A DNA stretch of 64,000 nt from Anaerolineaceae bacterium (GTDB taxonomy: Bacteria; Chloroflexota; Anaerolineae; Anaerolineales; UBA11657): contig BGOS01000004.1 in the NCBI GenBank assembly GCA_003569365.1, forward strand, positions 33,029 through 97,028, in the 5' to 3' direction. Under the pieces are notes generated by a model, which did not search any database, was not told the origin of the DNA, and worked only from the letters and a program-made list of their open reading frames with translations. Below are positions 29,801 through 39,175 of the stretch, piece after piece. Each line of letters starts with the position of its first letter. Position 1 is the first letter of the stretch. The translations under genes and the position numbers were made by a program.

Positions 29801-31609
29801 ACCGGCGTGGGCGCATTCTGTGTAGCCTACAACTTGGTGGCAAGCAGCCGCCCAGCTGGCGGCACAACGGGCAGCGCTTGGCGGGCGGGACTGGCAGCCC
29901 TGGCACTCATGGTACTGCTGGGAAATCTGGGCCAGCCGGCAGTTTGGGCCAAGGGTGTGCAGCGCATTGCAACCGACGTGGTACCGATGGACACTTCAAT
30001 TCTTGGTGACTGGCAGCGCATCGCTGCCGGCGCATACCGCAACATTGTCGGCGGGAAAACGCTTCCAGTGGGCACGGGCGAATGGTACTGGAATGCCACG
30101 CGCGTAATCCCGCACCCAGAGTCTGAAGTGGGGCCAATTACTGAGTTTCCATTATTTACATTTTTGTACGCGGACTTGCACGCGCACATGATGGCGTTGC
30201 CGCTGACGCTGCTGGCATTGGCGTGGGCGCTGGGCGCTGCCTTGGCCGGCGAAACTGGAGCACAGTCATCGAACTCCTGGCTGTTCTGGCTAATTGGCGG
30301 CGTGGCGATTGGATCGCTGCGCGCCACAAACACGTGGGACTTTCCGGCGTATCTGAGCTTCGGCATGCTTGCGGTCTGGCTGGGGCACATGCACTCTGTG
30401 CTGCGCCCAACACTGCCGGCAATGCTCGCGGGAGCTGCCCGCGCACTCCTTTTGGCAGCGCTAGCACTGCTGTTCTTTCGCCCGTTCTTTCAGTGGTACG
30501 CCTCGTCGTACGGCACCGCGGAGATCTGGGCGGGATCGGCAACGGAACTGGGCGCTTACATAAAAGTGCACGGCTTGTTTTTATTCATCCTGGTTATCTG
30601 GCTGCTGGCCGAGACGCGTGATTGGATGCAGCGCACACTGCGATCAGAATTTCTTGGCTCGTCCGATGCCCTAGCGCTGGGCGCAGGCGCCGCGACCGTT
30701 GCCATAACCACGGCTGCGCTGCTTGCACTTGGCATTCAAGTGGCGCTGATGGTGCTGCCGCTTGCGGGGTGGTGCGCGGTCCTGGGGCTGCGCGCCGGCC
30801 TGAGCATGGCTAAGCGCGTTGCTTTTGGCGTGGTGATTGCCGCTCTGATGCTGACGCTCGTGGTTGAGCTGCTGGTGTTGGAAGGTGACATCAGCCGCAT
30901 GAACACCGTCTTCAAGTTTTACCTGCAAGTCTGGACTATGCTGAGCGTAACGGCGGGTGCAGCGCTGGCCTGGTTGTGGCCGCAGCGCAGCGCATGGCGC
31001 CCTGCAAACCGTTTTGTTTTGCACGCGGGCCTGGGAGTTTTGGTGGCGGCAGCTGCTTTCTATACTGCGTCAGCCACCCTAGCGAAAGTCACCGATCGCA
31101 TGGCCCCCAATGCGCCGCGCACACTAGACGGCATGCGCTTCCTCAACGATGCCGAATACCAAGATCGCGATCAAAACATTAAGCTGCATGATGATTATCT
31201 GGCAATGCGCTGGCTGCTGCAAAACGCAACAGGCTCGCCCGTGATTGTGGAGGCGCACACTAGCGAGTACAAGCTGGGCTCGCGCTTTACCATGTACACG
31301 GGCCTGCCCGGCGTGGTGGGCTGGAACTGGCATCAACGCCAGCAGCGCGGCCTGGGGCCACCAAACTTAATTACAGATCGGGTGGAAGCGATTGACGAAT
31401 TCTTTCAATCACCGCTCGAGGAAACTGCGCTTGCTTTCATCAACCGCTACGGCGTGCGCTATGTGATTGTTGGCGATTACGAGCGTGCGTACTATGCGTA
31501 TCCGGGTTTGCAGAAATTTGAGCGCATGCTCGGCACCGGCCACCTGAAGATCGCGTACCGCAACGCCACGACCACCGTGTACGAAGCGCAAACGCACACA
31601 GCCGGATAA
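26828..31609 (+). CDS. double-module Chlor_Arch_YYY (DUF2298/TIGR03662-like) membrane protein
   Basis: 1593 aa. Module 1 has [18 protein letters not shown]...[10 protein letters not shown]. Module 2 has [41 protein letters not shown]. The C-terminal soluble part has [17 protein letters not shown]...[13 protein letters not shown]. Confidence 0.8.
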   Translation: [1593 protein letters not shown]

Positions 31610-31611
31610 AC

Positions 31612-34056
31612 ATGGCAGCGGAAGTACTGGCAGTATTTGTATGGTGGCTGTTGGCTGTTCTGGCAGGCTGGCTGGCGTGGCCACTTTGCGCAAAATTACT
31701 CGGGACGCTGCCCGACATGGGCTACACAGCCAGCAAGGCATTCAGCCTGCTGCTGACCGGGTTTCTAGTTTTTACGCTCGGGTCGTTCGGGTTCTTGCGC
31801 GTAACAGCGGGCAGCGTGCTGGTGGCTGCGGGTGCCGTTGCGGCTGCCGGCCTTGTGAGCAGCGGATCGCACCAGCAACAACTATCTGCTTGGGCAAAAA
31901 TCAACTGGCGCGTTGTGCTTGCCAGCGAGTTAATTTTTTTTGGCGCATTTGTGTTGATGGCGGCGTTGCGCTCCCTCAACCCTGAAATTGTGGCCACCGA
32001 GAAGCCGATGGAACTGGCCTTTCTCAGCTCGATCATGCGCCACCAAACACTTCCGGCACCAGACCCATGGCTCGCCGGTTACGGCATCAGCTACTACTAT
32101 TTCGGCTACATCATCATAGGTTTGATGGCAGCCACAAGCGGCGTGACAGTTGGCATTGCCTTTAACCTTGCGCTAGCATTGGTCTTCGCACTGGCTGCCG
32201 CTGCGTCAGCCGGTTTGATCTACAACCTGGTGGCAATCGATCACACACCCGATGCCGCAGGCCAGCCAAACCAGCAGCAACTACCTATGAAAGTTTGGAT
32301 AGGGCCGGTGCTGCTGGCTCCGGTACTGTTGCTTGTTGTGGGCAACCTGAACGGTTTGCTTGAGCTGCTCCACCAAGGCGGAGTGGGTAGCGCTGCATTT
32401 TGGAGCTGGCTGAATATCAAGTGGCTCTCGGAGCCTGTGGTGGCGGGCGCGGGCTGGATGCCGACGCGCTACCTGTGGTGGTGGCAGGCATCGCGCGTAA
32501 TTCGCGATCTCAATTTGTCGGGGGCGCCGATTGATCTCGAGCCCATTGATGAATTTCCGTTCTTCTCCTTCTTGTTGGGGGATTTGCACCCGCATGTATT
32601 GGGCTTGCCATTTTTACTGTTAGCAGTGTCGGCGGCACTGGCGTTGTATTTACACGCCCGCCAACAGAGCCTGCACAAGTTTGCTGTCGCCGTACCCACA
32701 GCACTGCTGGCAGTTGTGCTGGGCGGCCTTGCGTTCATGAACGCTTGGGATTTTCCGCTGGCACTTGCGCTGGCATCAATGGCTTGCGTAATCGGCTTGG
32801 CAGCCAGCGGCCAAACAAATTACGCAATTTGGCAGCGCTCCGGCGTTTTGATCTTGACCACAATCGTCTTGTGCATCATATTCTTCTTGCCTTTCTATAC
32901 CGGCTTTCGGTCACAAGCCGGCGGCATCATTCCCAATCCAATATTCGTCACGCGCCTCAGCCAGTTCACCGTAATGTTTGGTGTGTTGCTGGTTCCGGCC
33001 GGGCTGTGGCTGCTCTGGGAATCCACTGGCGTCAACCTCAACTGGCGCGCAGCGCTGTGGGCCGGACCGGGAGCGCTCGCAGCGCTGGTCGGCCTGTGCG
33101 CGCTGCTCACCGTTGTCGCAATGCGCACCGGGCAACTTGCTGCTACCAGTGCCTACAGCACACTGCTTGGCGATGTACCTGCTGCTGAAATGTGGAACGC
33201 GATCTTGCGACGCCGGTTCATTGAGAGTCCGTGGACAAACTGGCTCTTGGCTGGCATGCTGGCTGCTGCCGGCGGCGTGGCTTTTGGCAGCCCGCGGCGC
33301 GCTGGCAACAGTGTGCCGTTTGTTGCCATGCTGCTCGCAGCGGGTGCAGCGCTCACACTCATCCCGGATTTCGTATATTTGCGCGACACATTCGGCATGC
33401 GCTTGAATACCATTTTCAAGTTTTACTATCAGGCGTGGCTGCTGTGGGCTCTTGTGGCCGCGTATGCCGTGTCGCGAATGGAGCGTGTGCAGTCCACCGT
33501 CGGCCGGCTCGCATTTGGCGCAGTCACCACGGTTGTCATCACCGGCGGCCTTGTGTATCCGGCACTTGCGGTGTGGACCAAGACCGAGGGCCTGCAAGGC
33601 ACAACCGTTATCAACCAGCAGCGCACGGCCACACTTGACGGCCTCGCGTACATGCGCACGGCAAATCCGGATGAGGCTGACGCGCACGCCTGGCTGCGCG
33701 CGCAACTGCCCGCAAGTGGTGCCATAGCCGAGGCAGTTGGCGGCAGCTACACAGAGTTCGGGCGCGTGTCCGCGCACACGGGTTTGCCCACAGTACTCGG
33801 CTGGCCGGGGCATGAGTTACAATGGCGGGGCGGTTTTACTGAGGCAGGCAATCGTGAAGAGCAAGTGCGCGCGCTTTACTCCAGCCGGACCTGGGAGGAT
33901 GCACAGCAGATCCTGAGCGCGCACGACATCCGCTATGTGTATGTGGGCAGCCTCGAGCGCAACATATTTCCAGCGGCGGGTTTGCAGAAATTTGACCTGC
34001 ATATGCGCCCGGCTTTTTCCAACAATTCTGTGACGATTTATGAACGCATCAACTGA
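31612..34056 (+). CDS. Chlor_Arch_YYY (DUF2298/TIGR03662-like) membrane protein
   Basis: 814 aa, containing ATEKPMELAFLSSIMRHQTLPAPDPWLAGYGISYYYFGYII. The C-terminal GLPTVLGWPGHELQWRGG...IRYVYVGSLERNIF is paralogous to the preceding gene. Confidence 0.8.
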   Translation: MAAEVLAVFVWWLLAVLAGWLAWPLCAKLLGTLPDMGYTASKAFSLLLTGFLVFTLGSFGFLRVTAGSVLVAAGAVAAAGLVSSGSHQQQLSAWAKINWRVVLASELIFFGAFVLMAALRSLNPEIVATEKPMELAFLSSIMRHQTLPAPDPWLAGYGISYYYFGYIIIGLMAATSGVTVGIAFNLALALVFALAAAASAGLIYNLVAIDHTPDAAGQPNQQQLPMKVWIGPVLLAPVLLLVVGNLNGLLELLHQGGVGSAAFWSWLNIKWLSEPVVAGAGWMPTRYLWWWQASRVIRDLNLSGAPIDLEPIDEFPFFSFLLGDLHPHVLGLPFLLLAVSAALALYLHARQQSLHKFAVAVPTALLAVVLGGLAFMNAWDFPLALALASMACVIGLAASGQTNYAIWQRSGVLILTTIVLCIIFFLPFYTGFRSQAGGIIPNPIFVTRLSQFTVMFGVLLVPAGLWLLWESTGVNLNWRAALWAGPGALAALVGLCALLTVVAMRTGQLAATSAYSTLLGDVPAAEMWNAILRRRFIESPWTNWLLAGMLAAAGGVAFGSPRRAGNSVPFVAMLLAAGAALTLIPDFVYLRDTFGMRLNTIFKFYYQAWLLWALVAAYAVSRMERVQSTVGRLAFGAVTTVVITGGLVYPALAVWTKTEGLQGTTVINQQRTATLDGLAYMRTANPDEADAHAWLRAQLPASGAIAEAVGGSYTEFGRVSAHTGLPTVLGWPGHELQWRGGFTEAGNREEQVRALYSSRTWEDAQQILSAHDIRYVYVGSLERNIFPAAGLQKFDLHMRPAFSNNSVTIYERIN

Positions 34057-35806
34057 GACGCTGCACGCACCGGCCCCGTTTGTCCGGCTCCATATTCCGC
34101 TGCTAGTTGACTGGACGATGGAGGCGTGGGCATATGTGCTGCTTGGCTGCTACAGCGCAGGCACCCGCCTGATCGGGCTGGGCACTGCGCCGCTTGCCGG
34201 CAGTGCCGCCCGTGATGCAATGTGGGCGTGGGAACACGCGCGCGGGCTGGCGCTTCCGGCAACAGCCGTCCCGAACAGCGCTTTGCTTTTCTCATTGCAG
34301 ATGCTGCTCTTCTGGGTGGGTGGCCATGCCACGGAGACGCTTGCCCGGCTTGCACCTGCACTTGCCGGCATCGCACTTGTGTTTATGCCGCTGCTGCTGC
34401 GAAAGGAGCTGGGTGCCATTGGCGCACTGGCAGCCAGTGCCTTGCTTGCGCTCTCGCCCAGCTTGACGGCGATCGCGCGCAGCGCTGACGGCATTGGCCT
34501 TGCGTTGCCACTGGCTGCGCTCACCGCAATCAGTATTTGGCGCTGGCAAAGCGCTCAGCCCGCACCGGGCCTGCAGGTGGCAGCGCTCGCAGCCGGTGCC
34601 GGCCTGGCATGCGGACCGGAGTACATCGCCAGCATTGTGGCGCTTGCGATTACGTCACTGCTGATAGCCCCGCAATCGCTGCGGCAGTGGAGCCCGGTAT
34701 TGCGATCGGGCCGCTGGTGGCTTGCCGTGGGCTTAGCTCTGGCTGCCAGCAGCACCGCATTCTTGCAATATCCCGCGGGTCTTGCCGCAGCCGGAGACGG
34801 GTGGGGCGCATGGCTTGCGGATTGGCTGGCGCCGCAGGGCACAACAAGTTTTTTTACACCGCTGCTCACCGCTGTGCTCTATGACCCGCTTGCCATTGGG
34901 CTCGGAGTCATCGGAGCCGCAACTGCAGCCCGCCGCATACCGGCAGCAAGATTTCTTTCGATCGTCAGCCTGGTCGTCGTGGCAATTAGCTTGGTAGACC
35001 CGCAGCGGCGCGCAATTGATGAAGGTGGATTAGTGATAGTCATTTCATTGCGCGCAGCTTTCGCTATGAATTGGTTTTTTGCCGCTGACTGGTCCGGCAA
35101 GCGCGCCCAAATTTGCGCCGTACATGCGTGCTGCCTGTTTGCAGTTTGCTGCATACTTTATTTGGTCCTGGGTGGCATTGCAACCGGAAGCACAGGCGCA
35201 ATTGGACAAACGGGCTGGGGATTGCTTTCAGTGCTCGGAGTAGTATTTGCAATCCTTTGGCTGGTAACTGCGCTGGTCGGTTCGTGGTGGGACTGGCAGA
35301 TTGCACGCCGGGGCGCGTTGGCCGGATTTGTGCTCACGGCGCTAGTGTGGACAACTGCTTCAGGCTCCGCCCTAATTTCCACGCGTGCTGGCTCTGCGGT
35401 CGAGCTGCTTACTGGGGAAAGCATCTCGCCGCACATCCGCTTGCTTGAGGAAACAGCAACACAAGTAAGCTTGCGTGCCCGCGGCAGCAGCACCGACGCC
35501 GAGATTGTGGTGTTGGGCCCACCATCCGGTGCGCTTGCATGGGCACTGCGCGACTTTGCAAACGTGCGCTACACAAATTCACTTTCCGCCACCATCACCG
35601 CGCCAATTGTGATCACACCGGGCGAAATCGTGGATCCGCTGCTGGGATCGCAATATCTTGGCCAGAGATTTAATTACGAGTTGACCCGCGGCCGGCTTCC
35701 TACTGATTTGCCCGGCCGCATTGGCTACATTATGTTCCGCAAAATTCCAGTAACTGCCACACAGTTGGTGCTGTGGGCGCGCGCAGACGCGCAATTACTG
35801 CGTTGA
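34040..35806 (+). CDS. polytopic membrane protein, degenerate TIGR03663-like paralog
   Basis: 588 aa. The N-terminus aligns by eye with the next gene (TRLIGLG...WAW..RG.. versus TRFYMLG...SW..RG..) but lacks the DE and HGP residues. Confidence 0.5.
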   Translation: MNASTETLHAPAPFVRLHIPLLVDWTMEAWAYVLLGCYSAGTRLIGLGTAPLAGSAARDAMWAWEHARGLALPATAVPNSALLFSLQMLLFWVGGHATETLARLAPALAGIALVFMPLLLRKELGAIGALAASALLALSPSLTAIARSADGIGLALPLAALTAISIWRWQSAQPAPGLQVAALAAGAGLACGPEYIASIVALAITSLLIAPQSLRQWSPVLRSGRWWLAVGLALAASSTAFLQYPAGLAAAGDGWGAWLADWLAPQGTTSFFTPLLTAVLYDPLAIGLGVIGAATAARRIPAARFLSIVSLVVVAISLVDPQRRAIDEGGLVIVISLRAAFAMNWFFAADWSGKRAQICAVHACCLFAVCCILYLVLGGIATGSTGAIGQTGWGLLSVLGVVFAILWLVTALVGSWWDWQIARRGALAGFVLTALVWTTASGSALISTRAGSAVELLTGESISPHIRLLEETATQVSLRARGSSTDAEIVVLGPPSGALAWALRDFANVRYTNSLSATITAPIVITPGEIVDPLLGSQYLGQRFNYELTRGRLPTDLPGRIGYIMFRKIPVTATQLVLWARADAQLLR

Positions 35807-35842
35807 TTAAACACCAGCGGCTTTAGCTCACATTCCACAAAT

Positions 35843-38800
35843 ATGGACAGCCCACAGCCGACCCCGGAACTTTCAACGCTACTGGATCAGCAGCCGCTGC
35901 GGGTTTCTGGTGCATTTTCACTTGAGCGCGCCGCGTGGGTGCTGGTGATTTTGATTGCGCTACTCACGCGCTTCTACATGCTTGGCGAGCGCGTCATCAG
36001 CCATGACGAAAGCCTGCACACCTATTACTCATGGCAGCTTTATCGCGGACAAGGCTTTCAACATACGCCACTCATGCATGGACCCTTTCAATTTCATGTT
36101 GTAGCACTCAGTTACTTTCTTTTTGGCGCAAATGATTTCACATCGCGCGTGCCGGCAGCCCTGTTTGGGGTGGGGGCTGTGGCGCTGTTGTGGTGGTTCC
36201 GGCCGTGGCTGGGGCGCAAGGGCGCGCTTGCCGCCGCCGCCATGCTCACCATCTCACCGTACATGCTGTACTACGCGCGTTATGTGCGCAACGAGGCGTT
36301 TGTTGTCGTTTGGGCGCTGCTGATGGCTCTGGCCACGTTGCAATACTTTGCGGACCGGCGACCGCGCTGGCTCTACCTGATGGCGCTGGCAATCGCACTC
36401 AATCACGCCACCAAAGAAACCGCTTTTATCTATGACGCCATCTGGCTCCTATTTCTGGCTGTACTTTACGCGGGTGATTTATGGCGCGGCCCGTGGCGCA
36501 CCCGGAACATGCATTTACTGTTTTGGTCGCTGTCAGCGGGCGGACTAATCGGCAGTGCTGCAGTTGGCGGGGTAATGTTCGCCGCACTGTTGGTGGTGCC
36601 AGCCGGCATCGCTCTGGCGGTACTTGCATTCGCTGCGCTGGTAGGCGCATTGGTTGTCGCATTGCGCGGGCTGCCCACCGCCGCGCGCGTCACACCCAGC
36701 TTCGATTTACTAATCGTGATGGGGACCCTCGTACTCCCGCAACTTGTGGCGTTTCCGGTCAAGCTGCTGCTGCACCGCGATCCGCTTGACTACACGCCAG
36801 CCGGAATGTGGGTGACCGGCCCGGCTTTGGCCGCCATGGTCTTGTTGTCTGCGGCTGTGGGCCTCCTATGGGACCGCCGCCGCTGGCCAATCATCGCCGC
36901 TATCTTCGCTGCAATTTACCTGACGCTCTTCACAACCATGTTTACAAACGGGCAGGGCGTTGCCACCGGCATCGTCGGCTCGCTCGGCTACTGGCTGGAT
37001 CAACATGGCGTGCAGCGCGGCAGTCAGCCGTGGTACTACTACGCTGGACTGCAGCTGCCATATTACGAATTCCTGCCAGCACTCGGCGGCTTGCTGGCTT
37101 GCGCTGCCACCTTGCTGCAGCTGCGCCCGCGAGCTGTACCCGCTGCTCCTGCAGAGCCCCGACCAGCATTTCCCACGATTGCCTTTCTATGTTTCTGGAG
37201 TGTCCTGGCATTGGTCGCCTATTCAACAGCCGGCGAAAAAATGCCGTGGCTTACCGTCCATATTGCGTTGCCTCTAATTTTGGCCGGGAGCTGGATATTT
37301 GGTAATTTGCTCGAGCAGGTTCCGTGGGCCGCAGTTTGGCAGAAGCAGGGCTGGATTCTGCTGCTCGTGCTGCCCCTCGCCACCCTGGCGGGTGTGGATG
37401 CCGCGTCGCGGCTGGCTGGCTTGGGCGCGCCATTCCAAAGTACAACGCTCGAGGACCTGCAGCACTCAATGGCATTTCTTTCCGCCACCACAGTCTTGGC
37501 TGGCACAATCTACGGGCTTGTTTACGCGGTACGCCAGCTCGGTGCCCGCGTCGCACTGCAACTTGCCGCAGTGCAGGGCATTGCTCTGCTAGCGGTGCTT
37601 ACACTGCGCAGCGCAATCCTCGCCAACTACATTAACTTTGATTACCAAACCGAATTTATAAATTATGCGTCGGGTGCACCCGGCGTGCGTGTGGTCATGG
37701 CGCAGGTTGAAGAAATTTCACGGCGCACAACTGACGGGCTTGACATCAAAATTGCATTTGACAGCGACGTATCGTGGCCTTTTACGTGGTATCTCCGCGA
37801 TTACCCCAACCAGGTGTACTACGCCGAGCAGCCCACGCGCGAATCATTCCGCGATGTGCCCTTGGTCATTGCCGGCGATAACAGCTGGGCGCGCGTTGAG
37901 CCGCTGCTTGGCAACAACTATCACTCCTTCGAGTACATCCGCATGTGGTGGCCGATGCAGGATTATTTTGACCTGACGCCGGCCCGCGTGCGTGCTAACT
38001 TGCTCGATCCGGTGCGCCTGAACGCGCTCTGGAATATCTGGCAGTGGCGCGACTACAAAGCCTACGGTGAACTGAATGGCACCAGCTACGCGCTCGCACA
38101 ATGGCCGGTTGTCGACCGCATGCGTTTGTATATTCGCAAAGATGTCGCCTCAAAAATTTGGAGCCTTGGCGTCGGACCGTCGGCGCTTACGGAGGCACTG
38201 CCGCCGGATCCATTTGAGACTCTCCTGCGCCGCGTCCCGGCAGCAATATTTGTGGGCGCAGCCGGCAGTGCACCCGGCCAGCTCAAACAGCCGCGCGATG
38301 TGGCCGTCGCGCCCAATGGCAGCGTGGTGATCGCCGACACCTTCAACCATCGCATTCAGAGCTTTGCTCCGGATGGCAGCTTGCTTGCAAGCTGGGGAAC
38401 GTTTGGCGCTGTGGATCAAGGCGGCCAACCCGGCCAGTTTAACGAACCGTGGGGCGTTGCCGTCAATGCTAATGGCGAAGTGTACGTAGCTGATACCTGG
38501 AATCACCGCGTGCAGCACTTTGATTCTGCCGGCAAGCTGCTGGGCACCTGGGGCGCGTTTGGCAATGGCACAGACCTGCTGAACCTGTGGGGCCCGCGCG
38601 ACGTGGCCATCGACAGCACCGGCCTTGTCTACGTGAGCGATACGGGCAACAAGCGCATCTCCGTGTTTGATGCGCAAGGCGCGCCCCTGCGCCAGATTGG
38701 AGCAGCCGGCGCGCTCGATGGCGAACTGGATGAACCCGTGGGCATTGCCATCTCTCCCGCCGGCGAACTTTATGTTGCCGATGCATGGAACCGGCGCATT

Positions 38801-39139
38801 CAAGTGTTCGGGCTCGACGGAGTGTTCCGGCGCAAGTGGGATGTGTCCGGCTGGTACGGCCAATCCCTGTTTGCAAAGCCGTACTTGACGGTGGACGCAA
38901 ACGAGAACGTGTACTTCAGCGACCCAGAAGGCTTCCGCATCTTCGTAACCGACCGCAATGGATTGCCGCTGCGTTCGTTTGGCGACTATGGCGCTGATGC
39001 CAGCGCACTCTCCATGCCCACTGGATTGGCTGCGAGCAGTGACGGTTTGCTCTACATTGCCGACGCCGACAATCAGCGCGTTGTGCGCATCGCGATTGAT
39101 CAACTACAAATTGGCAGTGCGGCCGCACCGTCCGAATAA
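35843..39139 (+). CDS. TIGR03663-like GT-C membrane protein fused to a six-bladed NHL-repeat beta-propeller
   Basis: 1098 aa. N-terminal ISHDESLH (DE at 36005-36010) and LMHGPF (HGP at 36077-36085). The C-terminus from about nt 38273 has six NHL repeats (e.g. FNEPWGVAVNANGEVYVADTWNHRVQHFD). Confidence 0.75.
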   Translation: MDSPQPTPELSTLLDQQPLRVSGAFSLERAAWVLVILIALLTRFYMLGERVISHDESLHTYYSWQLYRGQGFQHTPLMHGPFQFHVVALSYFLFGANDFTSRVPAALFGVGAVALLWWFRPWLGRKGALAAAAMLTISPYMLYYARYVRNEAFVVVWALLMALATLQYFADRRPRWLYLMALAIALNHATKETAFIYDAIWLLFLAVLYAGDLWRGPWRTRNMHLLFWSLSAGGLIGSAAVGGVMFAALLVVPAGIALAVLAFAALVGALVVALRGLPTAARVTPSFDLLIVMGTLVLPQLVAFPVKLLLHRDPLDYTPAGMWVTGPALAAMVLLSAAVGLLWDRRRWPIIAAIFAAIYLTLFTTMFTNGQGVATGIVGSLGYWLDQHGVQRGSQPWYYYAGLQLPYYEFLPALGGLLACAATLLQLRPRAVPAAPAEPRPAFPTIAFLCFWSVLALVAYSTAGEKMPWLTVHIALPLILAGSWIFGNLLEQVPWAAVWQKQGWILLLVLPLATLAGVDAASRLAGLGAPFQSTTLEDLQHSMAFLSATTVLAGTIYGLVYAVRQLGARVALQLAAVQGIALLAVLTLRSAILANYINFDYQTEFINYASGAPGVRVVMAQVEEISRRTTDGLDIKIAFDSDVSWPFTWYLRDYPNQVYYAEQPTRESFRDVPLVIAGDNSWARVEPLLGNNYHSFEYIRMWWPMQDYFDLTPARVRANLLDPVRLNALWNIWQWRDYKAYGELNGTSYALAQWPVVDRMRLYIRKDVASKIWSLGVGPSALTEALPPDPFETLLRRVPAAIFVGAAGSAPGQLKQPRDVAVAPNGSVVIADTFNHRIQSFAPDGSLLASWGTFGAVDQGGQPGQFNEPWGVAVNANGEVYVADTWNHRVQHFDSAGKLLGTWGAFGNGTDLLNLWGPRDVAIDSTGLVYVSDTGNKRISVFDAQGAPLRQIGAAGALDGELDEPVGIAISPAGELYVADAWNRRIQVFGLDGVFRRKWDVSGWYGQSLFAKPYLTVDANENVYFSDPEGFRIFVTDRNGLPLRSFGDYGADASALSMPTGLAASSDGLLYIADADNQRVVRIAIDQLQIGSAAAPSE

Positions 39140-39175
39140 TCCACGCTGCTATACTGCCGACCGCATCAAACATCA

